From NCBI GenBank assembly GCA_050084985.1, contig JBITNC010000002.1:18042001-18106000 (forward strand): a DNA stretch of 64,000 bases, written 5' to 3'. The DNA is from Nageia nagi. Taxonomy: Eukaryota > Plantae > Pinophyta. A model generated the notes under the pieces. It was not told the DNA's origin. It did not search any database and was given only the letters and a program-made list of their open reading frames with translations. Shown here one piece after another: positions 14,675 through 27,025 of the stretch. Position numbers and translations under genes: made by a program. Within the stretch, counting starts at the first letter, position 1, and every line of letters begins with the position of its first letter.

Positions 14675-14773
14675 TAGGGTTAAGGTTAGGGTTAGGGTTA
14701 ATGGTTGTGGTTAGGGTTAGGGTTAGTAGTTAGGGTTAGGGTTACGATTAGGGTTAGTGGTTAGGGTTAGGGT
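14675..14773 (+). repeat. Degenerate interstitial (TTAGGG)n array
   Basis: Many TTAGGG units interspersed with variants (TTAAGG, TTAGTAG, TTAGTGG); a short run also at about 14379-14393. Confidence 0.85.
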
Positions 14774-17363
14774 CATTGGAGATTAAGGTTCTACATGGTT
14801 AGTGGTTAGTAGTTAGTTACTATTTTTGGCTCTATCTTTGCCTCACCCATAAAATTGTAAATTACAATTTGCAAATACAAATAAATTTTAAACTAAGACT
14901 CACTCTACTTGGAGAATCTTTATCTAGTATTGGCACCAAGTCCTACTCATTTTCCACTTATGTGCAACCCAGTCTCCCTTTTAATGTACTATGGAGTCCC
15001 ATTACCCAACACAATAGAAGGTAATGTGCAAAAAATTAGTATTTTAGAATGAGTAATGAGGATGATGGTGATGGAGAGCGACCAATCTAAAAGAAGAAAA
15101 TGGCCAAGACAATGCCAAGGGAGAGAGATTGTTGATGGGTGTCAATATCTACATAAATGGGAGTGGGAGCAAGAAGGATCTAGATACTTAATGCCCAATA
15201 TCTTAGTGTATTTATATCATCTATTCATATAAAGATATGTATGTACCGCATCTAAGATAGTTCACCTTGGAATTAGGAGTACTACACGAGTTTAATCCCA
15301 AACGGGTATGATCGCTTTGGCCTAAATACAACATGAAAGAATCATCCATATTATTGAAGGAATGAAATCCATATGCTTTATTTAAATTCAATCTATAGTG
15401 GGAGGAGAAAATTATTTTTCTTCCAACCTCAAATTCTCCACAAGCCCTCCAGAATCCAGATTATATCTTTGTGTTGCATTTCCCTAAAGAGATTTTTAAC
15501 TTCCTTAAAAATATAATATGAGCATATTATGTGATCATTGAATTCCATGAGATGGTTTCTATTAGTTACATTTTATCAAAGAGTATATGGGCCTTATATA
15601 TATTACCAAACTTAAAAATATATTAATCTTGAGCAGTTGAGGTATACATTTCATAATAGTTATAGTTTTTTTAATAAATTCTTATATTCCTATAGTCTTA
15701 TGTGATTTACAAGCACTAAGAAAATCGTATCCAAACACCTAATTTAGGTTTTATGAGCATTTTGTAAATAAATTTCAAAGCTTCATCAAGATAGCCTACA
15801 TAACCAAGAAGTTCAATAATGTATATATAATTATTCATCCCAAGAAATAATGTTTTAAGAGTCAATCATGCAATCAGGGTTGGTTCCCAAGTGTAACTTC
15901 ATCAAATGAAAGAGTTTAAGGGAATACTTATTATAGTCATGTACGTAGTTCATAAAATCATACTTGCATCATGTATCTTGTCAAATAATTATCATACCTT
16001 AATGTGTGATTTTTCATATATTTCCATTACTTTTTTTTTGTGTTTTCAATTATTATGTTTGAACATGCAAAAAAGGACACAAATAGGCCTTTCCCTAGTA
16101 GTGAAATGAGCAATTCAGAGAGATAACATAGTCTCCCCATGAGAAGAGATCACCTATGTGACTAAGGAACCATAAATATAATGTATTTTGGATGGTGACA
16201 TCAGTGCAAAACAAGGAGAGATACTTTTAATGCAACATTAATTTTCACACAATAAGAAGCGATGACATTAGCTAAAGCTTGAACATGATGCGATAAGGCA
16301 GGAAAAGCACTAAATATCAAGTGAACAATGATGATGTAAGTGAATAGGTTGTATAGTCTTGATATATCATGATAAGGCATGATACAACATAGTAAAGGCA
16401 TGACATGACACAAAAAGGTATAAAACAACATAATAAGGTATGATACAACACAACAAAGCAAATAAACGATGAATTAAGTGTCTTGTAAATGATGATGATG
16501 TCAGTTGGTCAAAGTCTTGGACAAGGCATGATGAAATACATTGAATGTCATCAAGAAAGTGTGATGACATCAACATGAGTTTTGTACAGTCATGATAAGA
16601 CAAAAGAAGCATCCAAGAGAGCTTTAACATACTAGGGAGCAAGGAAAGCTCTTAGGAAGTTTGAAAATGCTCCTAGTCTTGAAGATGAAGGTTCAATGAT
16701 GCTTATATATAATGATTTATCCCAAGAAAAAATATTTTAAGAGTTGATCATGCAATTAGGGTTGGTTCCCAAGTGATACAAATGTTATGTTGTTAGGGTT
16801 GATTCCCAAGTGTAACTTCATCAAATGAAAGAGTTTAAGGGAATCCTTATTATAGTCATTGTTGGAATGTATAATGCATTATTGTAAAGGTTTTGTAATA
16901 ATTCTCTTTGTAAATTCACTAATACTTAATGGTATCATTAGATACCTTAAGTATTTAAGTGAATATGATAATGTAACTTTTCCTACACTCCATGTCATGA
17001 GCAAGCCTCTTAGGTAAAAGGGAGTTGCATGTCATGCCTTTGTACATTGGTTAAAAGGGTGATCTAAAGGGGGATTTTGGCCTATAAATAGAAGGCCCCC
17101 TCTTTGTGATCACACGCTAATTTATGAAGTAAAGTTATGCTATAGGATATTGTTTAGGATATGAAGTTAGGAGAGTTGTAAAAGGGTTATCTTTGTGAAT
17201 GAAGTGAGATCTAATTAGTGGATGTACTCATAGTTGGAGGAACCACTTTACATATTGAGTTATTTTGTGAGATTGCTTATGCTTTAGTTATCTTGATGTT
17301 TGTTTGAATTTCCATGAGATCTTGGTAGTATAGGATTGTATTAGTTATATTTCAATCCATTCA

Positions 17364-18508
17364 TTTGTTGGAACTTGATCCATGGTGTAAAGATCATCTT
17401 TCACTAATCCTTTGACCAATGTGGCAAGTCCCTTCTTAATGCACCAGGATTGTGAGTTGAACTCAAAAGAGTACCCATTCCTTACAACTTGGATCATGGA
17501 GAGAAGGTTCATCCTAAGTTTAGGAACATTGAGCACATTTTCAAGAATCTTACCATGAATCAACACACTTCCAATTCCTTGGACCTCAAAAATAAAATTA
17601 TCACCTATCATAACTGCATCTTTTCTATACTTATAAAATTTTTCAAATTTATCCTTTTCAAAGCATAGGTGATTAGTGCAACCAGAGTCAACAATTCAAT
17701 CAGTTGAAAAAGAGTGAGTCATGGAGTAGAGTGCAACAATAAATCCAACTTTTTTTTTCTTTCCATTAATTCATTTCCTTAATGGTGGGTGTCCTTACTA
17801 GCTATTTGATCTTTTTTTAATAAACATTTTTATTAGAATGCGTAGGGGGTAAAAGTACCTGCTTGAGTAAACTCTAAGTTCAAAAATTAAATGCTTGGAG
17901 TGGCATGATTTTTCTTTCTCCCTCTTATTTAATCTCTTGCAACCTTCTTAGATCCCCTCTGCTCCATTTTTTTATCACTATGCACTACTAGGCTCTCATT
18001 CAAACCTCTCTGTGCAATGGGCATTTAGTAGAACAATTCCAAGTTGCTACAAAAAGAAAAGAGAATAAAAGAAGAAAGGCAATAGAAATGTAAAGAACTT
18101 CAAAGGGAAGAAGAATATAAAAGCTAGATTTATTGCTATGCTCTACTCCATGACTCACTCTTTTTTAACTGATTGGATTGTTGACTTTGATTGCACTAAT
18201 CACATATGCTTTGAAAAGGATAAGTTTGAAAATTTTCATAAGTATAGAAAAGATGCAATTGTGATAGGTGATAATTCTATCCTTGAAGTCCAAGGAATTG
18301 AGAGTGTGTTGATTCATGGTAAGATTCTTGAAAATATGCTCTATGTTCCTAAACTTAGGATGAACCTTCTCTCCATGATCCAAGTTGCAAGGAATGGGTA
18401 CTCTTTTGAGTTTGACTCACAATCCTGGTGCATTAAGAAGGGACTTGCCACACTGGTTAAAGGATCAGTGAAATATGATCTTTACATCATAAATCAAGTT
18501 CTAATAAA
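17364..18508. repeat. Long inverted repeat, arms about 17364-17765 and 18105-18508
   Basis: ORFs 17345-17611(-) and 18138-18686(+) encode near-identical peptides (IGDN..EVQGI.SVLIHGKILEN...WCIKKGLATLVKG); about 30 differences in about 370 nt by hand. Confidence 0.95.
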
Positions 18509-20460
18509 GATGTATCTTGCTACAAATGTGTGTTCTAGAGGTAATCTTTGGCATCAATGTTTAGGGTACTTTAATCACATGAGTATTCAAGTCATGAAAG
18601 ACCAAGAACTTATGGAAGGTTTGCCTTCAATTTCACCTTCAATTAATATATGTGAGAAGTGCATCCTAGGCAATATGAATAGATAAAGGTTTGAAAAAGA
18701 TAAGAAAATAAGAGCATCTCAACCTCTTCAACTTGTGCATTTAGATTTGATGGGTCCATTTTAGACTAAGTTGTTTGGGGGAGCATCTTATGTCTTGACC
18801 TTCATTGATGACTTCAGTAGGATGAATTTTGGCTATCTACTCGAGCATAAGGATTAAACCTTTGAGAGTTTTAAGTATTTTAAGGTCTTACTTGAAAATC
18901 AAACTAACCTTAAAATCAAGATGTTGAGATCAAAAAATGAGGGAGAATATAATAGCAATGAGTTCAATGACTATTGTGCTAAGTATGGAATCAAGAGGTA
19001 GTTTACAATTCCTTACACTCCTTAGCAAAATGATGTTATCGAAAGGAAAAATAGGATAATTATACAGATGGCTAGATGCATATTGGGTAATCTTTCTAAT
19101 TTTTTATGGGGTGAAGCAGTGAGCACTATAATTTACACCTTGAATCGGTGTCCCACAAAAGCTATTTAAGGTAAAAATAATTTTGAGGCTTGGTTATGAA
19201 TAAAACCTAACATTTATCACCTTAGGGTGTTTGTTTGTGAAGCCTTCTCCTACATTATTTTTGAGAAAAGGGAGAAGTTAGATAAAAGAGCTGAAAATGC
19301 ATCTTTATAGGTTATGATAGTCAGCATAGAGGTTACAGGCTCTACTTTCCATCCTACAAAGGAGTGTTCATTTCAAGGGATGCAAAGTTTAATTATCTAC
19401 TTGAAGAATCTATTTTTAATGAGGATGTTGATGATCTAGATGACTCATCAATTGCACCTAACTAGTTGGATATTGATGTAAGTCACCTCAGGAACAAAAT
19501 TCTTCAATACAAAGGATAACAAGGTGCATAACCTTGATATGGAAGCCATGAAGGTGGAGTATGAGGCGCTTATAAAAAATGAAACTTGGGACTTGGTTCC
19601 TTATCCTAATGAGAAGAATGTGATTGGCAATAAGTGGATCTATAAGGTCAAGTTCAATTTAGTTGGGGATATTGAGAAATACAAGGCAAAGTTAGTGGCC
19701 AAAGGTTTTGCTTAGAAATATGGTGTTGATTATGAGAAAACCTTTGCTCTCATGGCAAAGATGCCTACTATGAGAATAATTCTTTCTCTTTTAGTAGCTC
19801 AAGGATGGAAATTTTTTCAACTTGAAGACAAGAGTGCATTTCTCAATGGTGACTTAGATGTAAAAATCTACATGAATCAATTAGAAGGGTTTATTATGAA
19901 AGGAAAAAAGTCTTTTGTGTGCAAGCTAAAGAAGTCATTATATGGAATTAAGCAAGCACCTAGAACCTGGTACAAGAAGATTTTAGTGTACTTTGCAAAC
20001 ATTAGATTCTCCAAGTATTTCTTTGACTCCAATCTATATGTGCTCAACCAAGGTAAAGACATGGTTTTAATTCTCCTTTATGTGGATGATCTTATGATAA
20101 TTGGGAACAATGATGATATCATTCAAGAGTACATATCCAAACTTAAGGCAATGTTTGAAATGATTGATCTTGGTCTCTTGCACTACTACCTTGGAATGCA
20201 AGTGTATCAATACAAGGATTGTACTTATCTTAGTCAATCCAAGTATATATCAAACATCTTCCATAAGTTTGGAATGGAGGAGTGTAGACATTATACAATC
20301 CCAATCTCTCCTAAAATCACTATTCTCTTAACTCTAACTCTCAGTTTGCTAATGCTATAGCTTATAGGCAATTAATTGGTAGTCTTCTATATTTGACTAT
20401 TTTCAGGCTAAATAGTGCCTTTGTAGTGAATATGATGGCTCGATTCATGCAAAAACCATA
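18138..20460 (+). pseudogene. Copia pol (protease, GAG-pre-integrase, integrase, RT) with stops and frameshifts
   Basis: WIVDFDCTNH, NLWHQCLG, LVHLDLMGP, NETWDLVP...KWIYKVK, SAFLNGDL and LLYVDDL motifs in Copia order. Confidence 0.95.
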
Positions 20461-20469
20461 TATTTAGCA

Positions 20470-20670
20470 CTGTTCAATTATCCATGTGTGAGGAACTCTT
20501 ATGTGTCTTTTGGTACTATTCAGTTATCCATATGTGAGGAACTCATATGTGCATTCTCTATTTTGATCAATCAAGTACTGTTCAATTATCCATATGTGAG
20601 GAACTCTTATGTGTCTTTTGGCACTATTCAGTTATCCATGTGTGAAGAACTCATATGTGCATTTTATTAT
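20470..20670 (+). repeat. Tandem repeats in the Copia 3' untranslated region
   Basis: Four copies of TTATCCATRTGTGARGAACTC spaced about 45-65 bp apart; related units at about 27980-28120 and 29010-29140. Confidence 0.85.
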
Positions 20671-22413
20671 GCTCTATTTGGTAATGATAATCAACACATA
20701 TTTTGCATATAGTAGGTGACTATGAGTATTGGCTTGGCACCTTCGTGATGATGTATAGTGCACCATTGATTAGTCTATGATGGTATTTGTTTAATTCATC
20801 TATCCTTATTGATATGAATATGTTGCATCTAAATGATCTTTTTATTTGAGTTGCTTAGGACTTGCAAGTTCTTTTGAGATTGCAGGTTACTTACTTTAGG
20901 TGTGCAGGCTCATGGAGACTGATCATGAATTCTAGTTGGATGACTACTTTATGTACATTAAAATCAATTATGATTAATGATTGTACTATAAACCATTTGC
21001 TAACATGGTAAAGTAGTGAGTCTCAAACTAAAATCTTGCTTACTTTATAAATATGTAAAAAGTTCTTATCTCCAATTGTATCTGTTTGGAGAAGAACTCT
21101 CTTACTCTCTCTCTTTCTTCTCTTTTATTTGCTCTATCCCAATATTGCATTAAGGGGGAGTGTTGGAATATATAATGCATTATTATAAAGGTATTGTAAT
21201 AATCCTCTTTGTAAATTCACTAATACTTAAGGGTATCATAAGATACCTTAAGTATTTAAGTGAATATAATAATATAACTTGTCCTACACTCCATGTCATG
21301 AGCATGTCCCTTGGGTAAAAAGGAGTTGCATGTCATGCCTTTGTACATTGGTTAAAAGGGTGATAAAAAGGGGAATTTTGACTTATAAATAGAAGGCACC
21401 CTATTTGTGATCACACAACAATTTGTGAAGTAAAGTTATGCTATAGGATAGTGTTTAGGAGATGAAGTTAGGAGAATTATAAGAGAGTTATCTTTGTGAA
21501 TGAAGTGAGATCTAATCATTGGATGTACTCCTAGTTGGAGGAACCACTTTACATCTTGAGTTGTTTTGTGAGATTGCTTATGCTTTAGTTATCTTGATGT
21601 TTGTATGAGCTTCCATGAGATTTTGGTAGTATAGGATTTATAGGATTGTATTAGTTATATTTAAATCCCTTCAATCATGACTGTAGTTCATAAAATCATA
21701 CTTGCATCGTGCATATTGTCAAATTATTCTCATACATTGATGTGTGATTTTTTGTATATTTGCACTCTTTTTTCATGTTTTCAATTTTTGTGTTTGAAAA
21801 TGCAAAAAAGGACACAAATAGGCCTTTCCCTAGTAGTGAAATGAGCAATTCAAGGAGATAACATAGTCTTCCCATGAGAAGAGATCACCTATGTGATTAA
21901 GGAACCATAAATATAATGTATTTTGGATGGTAACATTAGTGCAAAATAAGAATATATACTTTTAATGCGACATTGATTTTCACACAATAAGAAGCAATGA
22001 CATCAGCTAACGCTTGAAGATGATGCAATAAGGCATGAAAAGCATTAAATATTGGGTGAAAAATGATGATGCACTACTACATTTTAACGATTTTGTGTCA
22101 TACAATGCATTATAAAATTGCATTTTAGCTTTGTGATGCAAGATGCATCATTATTTTTCATGTCTACATCGATATAGATAAAACCATTTTTTTGACTCAT
22201 TGCTTGATGCATTTTAGTGCATCAAAAAATACATCAAGTGATACATGGAACAAAAAAAAGGTGTGAATCATGCACACGGATCATGGAATGATTTGTTATT
22301 GATCATTGATGCATTCCCTTGATCGATGATGGAGTTTTAATGGCGAGTGTGAAGCCATTTATGAGTAAATAAGGGAGTTTGCCCTTTATAAGGGTATTTT
22401 TAGGGATATAAGA

Positions 22414-22911
22414 TGTTGGAATGTATAATTCATTATTGTAAAGGTTATGTGATAATCTTCTATGTAAGTTCACTAATACTTAAGGGTTTCATTTGATACC
22501 TTAAGTATTTAAGTGAATATGATAATGTAACTTATCCTACACTCCATATCATGAGCATGCCCCTTGGGTAGAAGGATGTGAATGTCATGCTTTTATGCAT
22601 TGAATAAAAGGGTGATCCAAAGAGGGATTTTGGCCTATAAATATAAGGCTTCCTCTTTTGATTATATACCAATTTATGGAGGAAAGTTATGCTATAGGAT
22701 AGTGTTTAGGAGAAAAATGTAGGAGGATTGTAAGAGTTCATATTTGTTAAGAAGAGAGATCTAGTTAGTGGATGTACTCCTAGTTGGAGGAACCACTTAC
22801 ATCTTGTGTTATCTTTGTGAGCTTACTTTGTGAGTTTATTATATGTGTATTGTGAGCTTTCATGTGATCTTTAGAGTTTAGGATTGTTCATGTTATAGTT
22901 CAATTCTATCA
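22414..22911 (+). mobile_element. Solo LTR of the same Copia lineage, nested in the CACTA element
   Basis: TGTTGGAATGTATAAT...TATCA with perfect 5-bp TSD TAAGA; collinear with the LTRs at 16860 and 21161. Confidence 0.95.
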
Positions 22912-23045
22912 TAAGATTGTATTTTTAGTGATACAAGTTTGCAGGAGTTGAAGAATGTAGATAGTAGTGTGTATATGCATTTTATGGTAACAAAAATATG
23001 CATTGCATGCTTCAACCATCCACAAAGTTTGGTAGAGGAGGCTCT

Positions 23046-23379
23046 CAAAGTTTGGTGGATGCCCATGAAGTTTTTGACTGTATGATCATGGAATATGATA
23101 ATTTCAGGTTACCAAAGATACAACTTTCCTCAACAAAGATTGAAATTGTTTCATCAAATGCAATAAACACCAATAGTAGTCCAACCAAATGAATTCACCT
23201 TTCCTAGCATCCTCAAATCATGCACCAAAATGAAAGATTTTTAAAAGGGTTTATACATACATCGAAGACTCTTAAAAATAATTTTTTTATTGAATGTTAT
23301 GATTGTGAGTACCCTATTAGACATATATGCAAAATATGGAAGCGTAGAGAAGATAGACGAATTATTTGACAAGATGCAA
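23046..23379 (+). pseudogene. Captured fragment of a PLS-class pentatricopeptide repeat (PPR) gene
   Basis: Translates with frameshifts to SLVDAHEVFDCM / SWNMIISGY / LKLFHQMQ / VQPNEFTFPSILKSC / NVMIVSTLLDIYAKYGSVEKIDELFDKM. Confidence 0.88.
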
Positions 23380-24856
23380 ACCCTCATCCCTATTGTGTTG
23401 ATGCATTGTTTGATGCATACATGATGTATAAAGATTCATGTATACAATCAATTATTTGACACTCATAACTCAATATATGATGCTATAAATGATGCACTAC
23501 TTGATGCCTTAAATGATGCTTTTTTTGATAGTACCCTTAGCTTCAATTGATGCATTAAGTTTTTTGTAATTTTTTTTTAAATAAGAATATGGATTGATAC
23601 ATTAAACGATGCAAAATCGCTAAAATGTAGTAGTGATGTAATTGATTAGGTTGTAGAGTGTTAATATATCATGATAAGGCATGATACAATATAGTAAAGG
23701 CATGACATGACACAAAAAGGTATGAAACAACATAATAAGGTATGACACAACACAACAAGGCATGGCATGATACAATAAGGTATGACACAAAACAAATACT
23801 AAAGTCCCAACAAGGCAAACAAAGGTTTAATTAAGTGTCCTACAAATGATGATGATGTTAGTTAGTCAAAGTCTTGACTAAGGCATGATGAAATACATCG
23901 AGTGTCAACAAGAAAGAGTGATGACATTAACATGACTTTTGTACAGTCCCAATAAGGCAAAATAAGCATCTAAGAAAGCTTGAAAAATATTAGAGAGTAA
24001 GGAAAGCTCTTAGGAAACTTGAAAATGCACCTAATCTTGAAGATGAAGGTTCAACGATGCTCAACAAGGGTCATAATGGCTATAAAGGAGACAATATGAT
24101 AAATTCAATGAGTGCAAGTAGGGAAATCAAGTTTGTATGTGATTTTAAAAAGGATATCAATGTGATGAACATATAAGTCAAATACTTTAGTGTTCAAACT
24201 TGTCTATGATCCAAAATAGGAAATAAGAATGCAAACTAAGATCTCTCATAAACAAAAGCACAAAATGAGAATTTGATGGATACCCAATAGCATAAGCACA
24301 GACAATAATGATGAGGATCAATACCTTAAACCATATTCAATAAGCCTACATGAGGAGATGAAGACATACAAAGTGGATTTACACCTATGAAAGAATGAAA
24401 CACTGAGTTGTAGAGCAAAGAATAATTTCTATTAATATGCTAATTATTACAATGCTTCATGTAATGTTGCATTAGATTCATCAAGAATGATGAAAAATTT
24501 ATAAATAAAAATATCAACTAGGTGGTTCTCCACATACAAAATATTTCAATTATATTGCATCAAAGGCACCCAACATAGTCATAAGCAATGCACATGTATT
24601 ATGGTATTCAATGGAATGGATGATCAAGCACCACACTGTTGTAAGGATCAATAAATTATAATGCCATGTACAAGAAGTTAGTCTAATAGTCTTAATACAA
24701 AATGTGTAGGTTTAGTGTAACCGAGGCATCCAACTTTATTAGTTATAATGTAACTAAGACACACAACATTGCCATGTACAAGAGGTTAGTGAAATGGTCT
24801 ACATGAGATTGTATCTAGGAAAATGCTCATAAGGTTGCTAAATAACAAGGTAAAAA

Positions 24857-25310
24857 CCATTACATAAGTGGTATCAAGGGCACTCACAAAATGTTACTTG
24901 AGGATGAGGTAATAACTATACACTACTTAAGGATAAGATAACAACCATTACATAAATAGTGTAGGGGCACTCACATAATGTTGCTTGAGGATGAGGTAAC
25001 AACCATACACTATTTAAGGAAAAGATAACAACCATTGCATAAGTGGTACTAGGAGAACTCACATAATATTGCTTCAGGATGAGGCAAAAAGCATACAAAA
25101 TTGGTGCCAACAACACACATATAACTACTTATGGTCATGGAAGTTAACCATTACATAAGTGGTACCATGTGGCACTCACACAACTTCTTAAGGGCAATGC
25201 AGTCAACCATAACAAAATTAGTGTCAAAGGGGAAATCACATAACTGATTAAGGATAAGGTAGTTAACTATTTACATGTTGTCATGGGGCACTTACAGGCT
25301 ATTGCTAAGA
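24857..25310. repeat. Degenerate tandem repeat (about 60-87 bp units) inside an old LTR-element relic
   Basis: Unit ACCATTACATAAGTGGTA...GGCACTCACATAATGTTGCTTGAGGATGAGG, about 5-6 copies. A minus-strand tRNA-Met PBS (GCTTTGATACCA) lies at about 25974-25985, followed by an LTR end similar to 8202-8270. Confidence 0.75.
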
Positions 25311-27025
25311 AATCACGTACCTCTCTCAACACCATAGATAGAGGAGGTTCTAGATGGGCTTCAAGCATAAGGTGACACCATCCATAATAAGAATATTTCA
25401 ACTAGGTTAAAATTAATAATTTACAAATGTTGAATCTCCATGTATGCATTGAATGACCAACTACCAAGGAGTGCTACAATAGAGTTCATCATGATGAGCA
25501 ATGGTGATACATAAGGGTACTATAAGCGATGGAGTATTATAGTTACAAAGGGATAGTAGAGTGTGCTTACCCATATGAGAGCAAGATGGCAAAGCGTGCT
25601 TACCTATATGAAAATTTGTCAACAATATATGATCTACATTTCCTTAACATGTTGTTGTAGGGAGGAGTTCAAACAGACATTAATGTATCACCTACAATGT
25701 TGTAATTTTTTTAATAGAGGATGAATTTCTAGAAGTATGTGTGCATTTTATTTGACTTTTCTCTATTCCATGGTGTGTGAATAAAATCCTACCACCAAAT
25801 AATAAAATACTGCAATATTACAAAGTAAGGATATAAATTTTCTTTCATTATCCCCCTTAATGTAAAATATTTTATACTCCACAAAAGAATGATGACAATT
25901 AGATATGATCATCTACCCCTCAATTTCATCATGCCACCTAAAAATGATCATTGACCCCATCCAGATTGAACATGCTTTGATACCATGTTAGAATTTTTAG
26001 GTTTACCAAACTCCATAAATGGAAATATGAAACTAGATCACCCAAATTTGATCAATTGATACAGTAAGTGCCCTATACCACTTATTTGTTAAGACATTTA
26101 GAAAATCTATAATAGGTTGGAGACTCAAATCAAAGAGATTTAAATCATTCAAGAAAGAATAAAGGATCACATGGTGAATTTGGAAGTAGACATAACCATG
26201 GAATTGAGTGCAATGCCAACAGAGGAACACATGTACGATGTTGCAATTTAATTATATCTAAATATTCCCATGCATCTTGGAATTTATATCTACTTGTGTT
26301 ACATACCAAGGCATTATTTTGCTTCCCTTGGTTGACACACCTTATCCCATTGTACCAAGGCACTATTTTTCTCTCCTTTTGCTCAAGACCATAAAAATAT
26401 TCTCATTAGTTTATCCAAATAATTGAGGATTCTCTTTAGGGAAACTAAAACATAAAATCTATAAATCAATAATGCTTGTAGAACTAATTTCAAGCATGTG
26501 ACCATACCCTCAAAGCTTAACCATTTGTGAGTCCATTTTGAAAGCTTTCAGCATATTTTATCTATTATGAATTTCTATTCCTTTAGGTTTTTCTCCATTA
26601 TGGGGATACCCATATAGTCTAAATAAGGGAGGCTATTGAGAATATAAGAATGTGTGTTATTCTATACCTGATTCTTTTATGCATATTAAAGAATATAACT
26701 TTAGATTTTTCCTCATTTAATAGTTGACTAGTGGTTGAAATGTAACAATCTAAAATACTTTTGTTATGAGTTGTTTCTTTTATTGCTTATTCACCCCATA
26801 GTCTTGTATCATCCATAAATTTTATATGGGTTATGGTTATATCCCTATTTAACTCTACTCTTGAAATGGTATTTTTTTTTTTTCCTTCGAATAAGTCTTC
26901 CCAAACCTTTTGCAAAAATAATAAATAGTTACGGTGAGAGGGTATCTCCTTGTCTAATACCTCTAATAGCCTTGAATAACAAGGAAGGGATTCCATTAAT
27001 TAGCACCAATTGATGGGAATAAGAC

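Larger units (their letters stand above)
8356..14800 (-). mobile_element. Probable old CACTA/EnSpm relic with nested Gypsy fragments; right boundary uncertain
   Basis: Terminus CACTACTAGAAAA at 8356, short subterminal-type repeats at 8760-9010, and intron-interrupted basic ORF fragments on the minus strand at 9570-10900. No matching right TIR was found. Confidence 0.35.
16860..21673 (+). mobile_element. Copia LTR retrotransposon, rearranged (PBS/gag replaced by an inverted pol segment; RNase H deleted)
   Basis: LTRs 16860-17363 and 21161-21673 (TG...CA, about 8% divergent by hand count); TSD GTCAT/ATCAT; PPT TAAGGGGGAG at 21151-21160. Confidence 0.95.
22072..23635. mobile_element. Non-autonomous CACTA element (Pack-type)
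   Basis: TIRs CACTACTACATTTTAACGATTTTG / CAAAATCGCTAAAATGTAGTAGTG; 3-bp TSD ATG; the empty site is visible in the paralogous copy at about 16330; TGATGCA subterminal repeats. Confidence 0.92.
15822..24061. repeat. About 880-bp tandem duplication; copy 1 intact (about 15822-16703), copy 2 split by TE insertions (16704-16859, 21674-22071, 23636-24061)
   Basis: Collinear matches such as AGGGTTGGTTCCCAAGTGTAACTTCATCAAATGAAAGAG, GGACACAAATAGGCCTTTCCCTAGTAGTGAAATGAG and GAAGATGAAGGTTCAA in both copies. Confidence 0.9.

Noticed and set aside
24857-25310. CRISPR-like repeat/spacer array (also 20470-20670 and 1832-2057)
   Set aside because: The intervening sequences are themselves homologous, the units are degenerate, there are no cas genes, and the context is eukaryotic TE or intron DNA.
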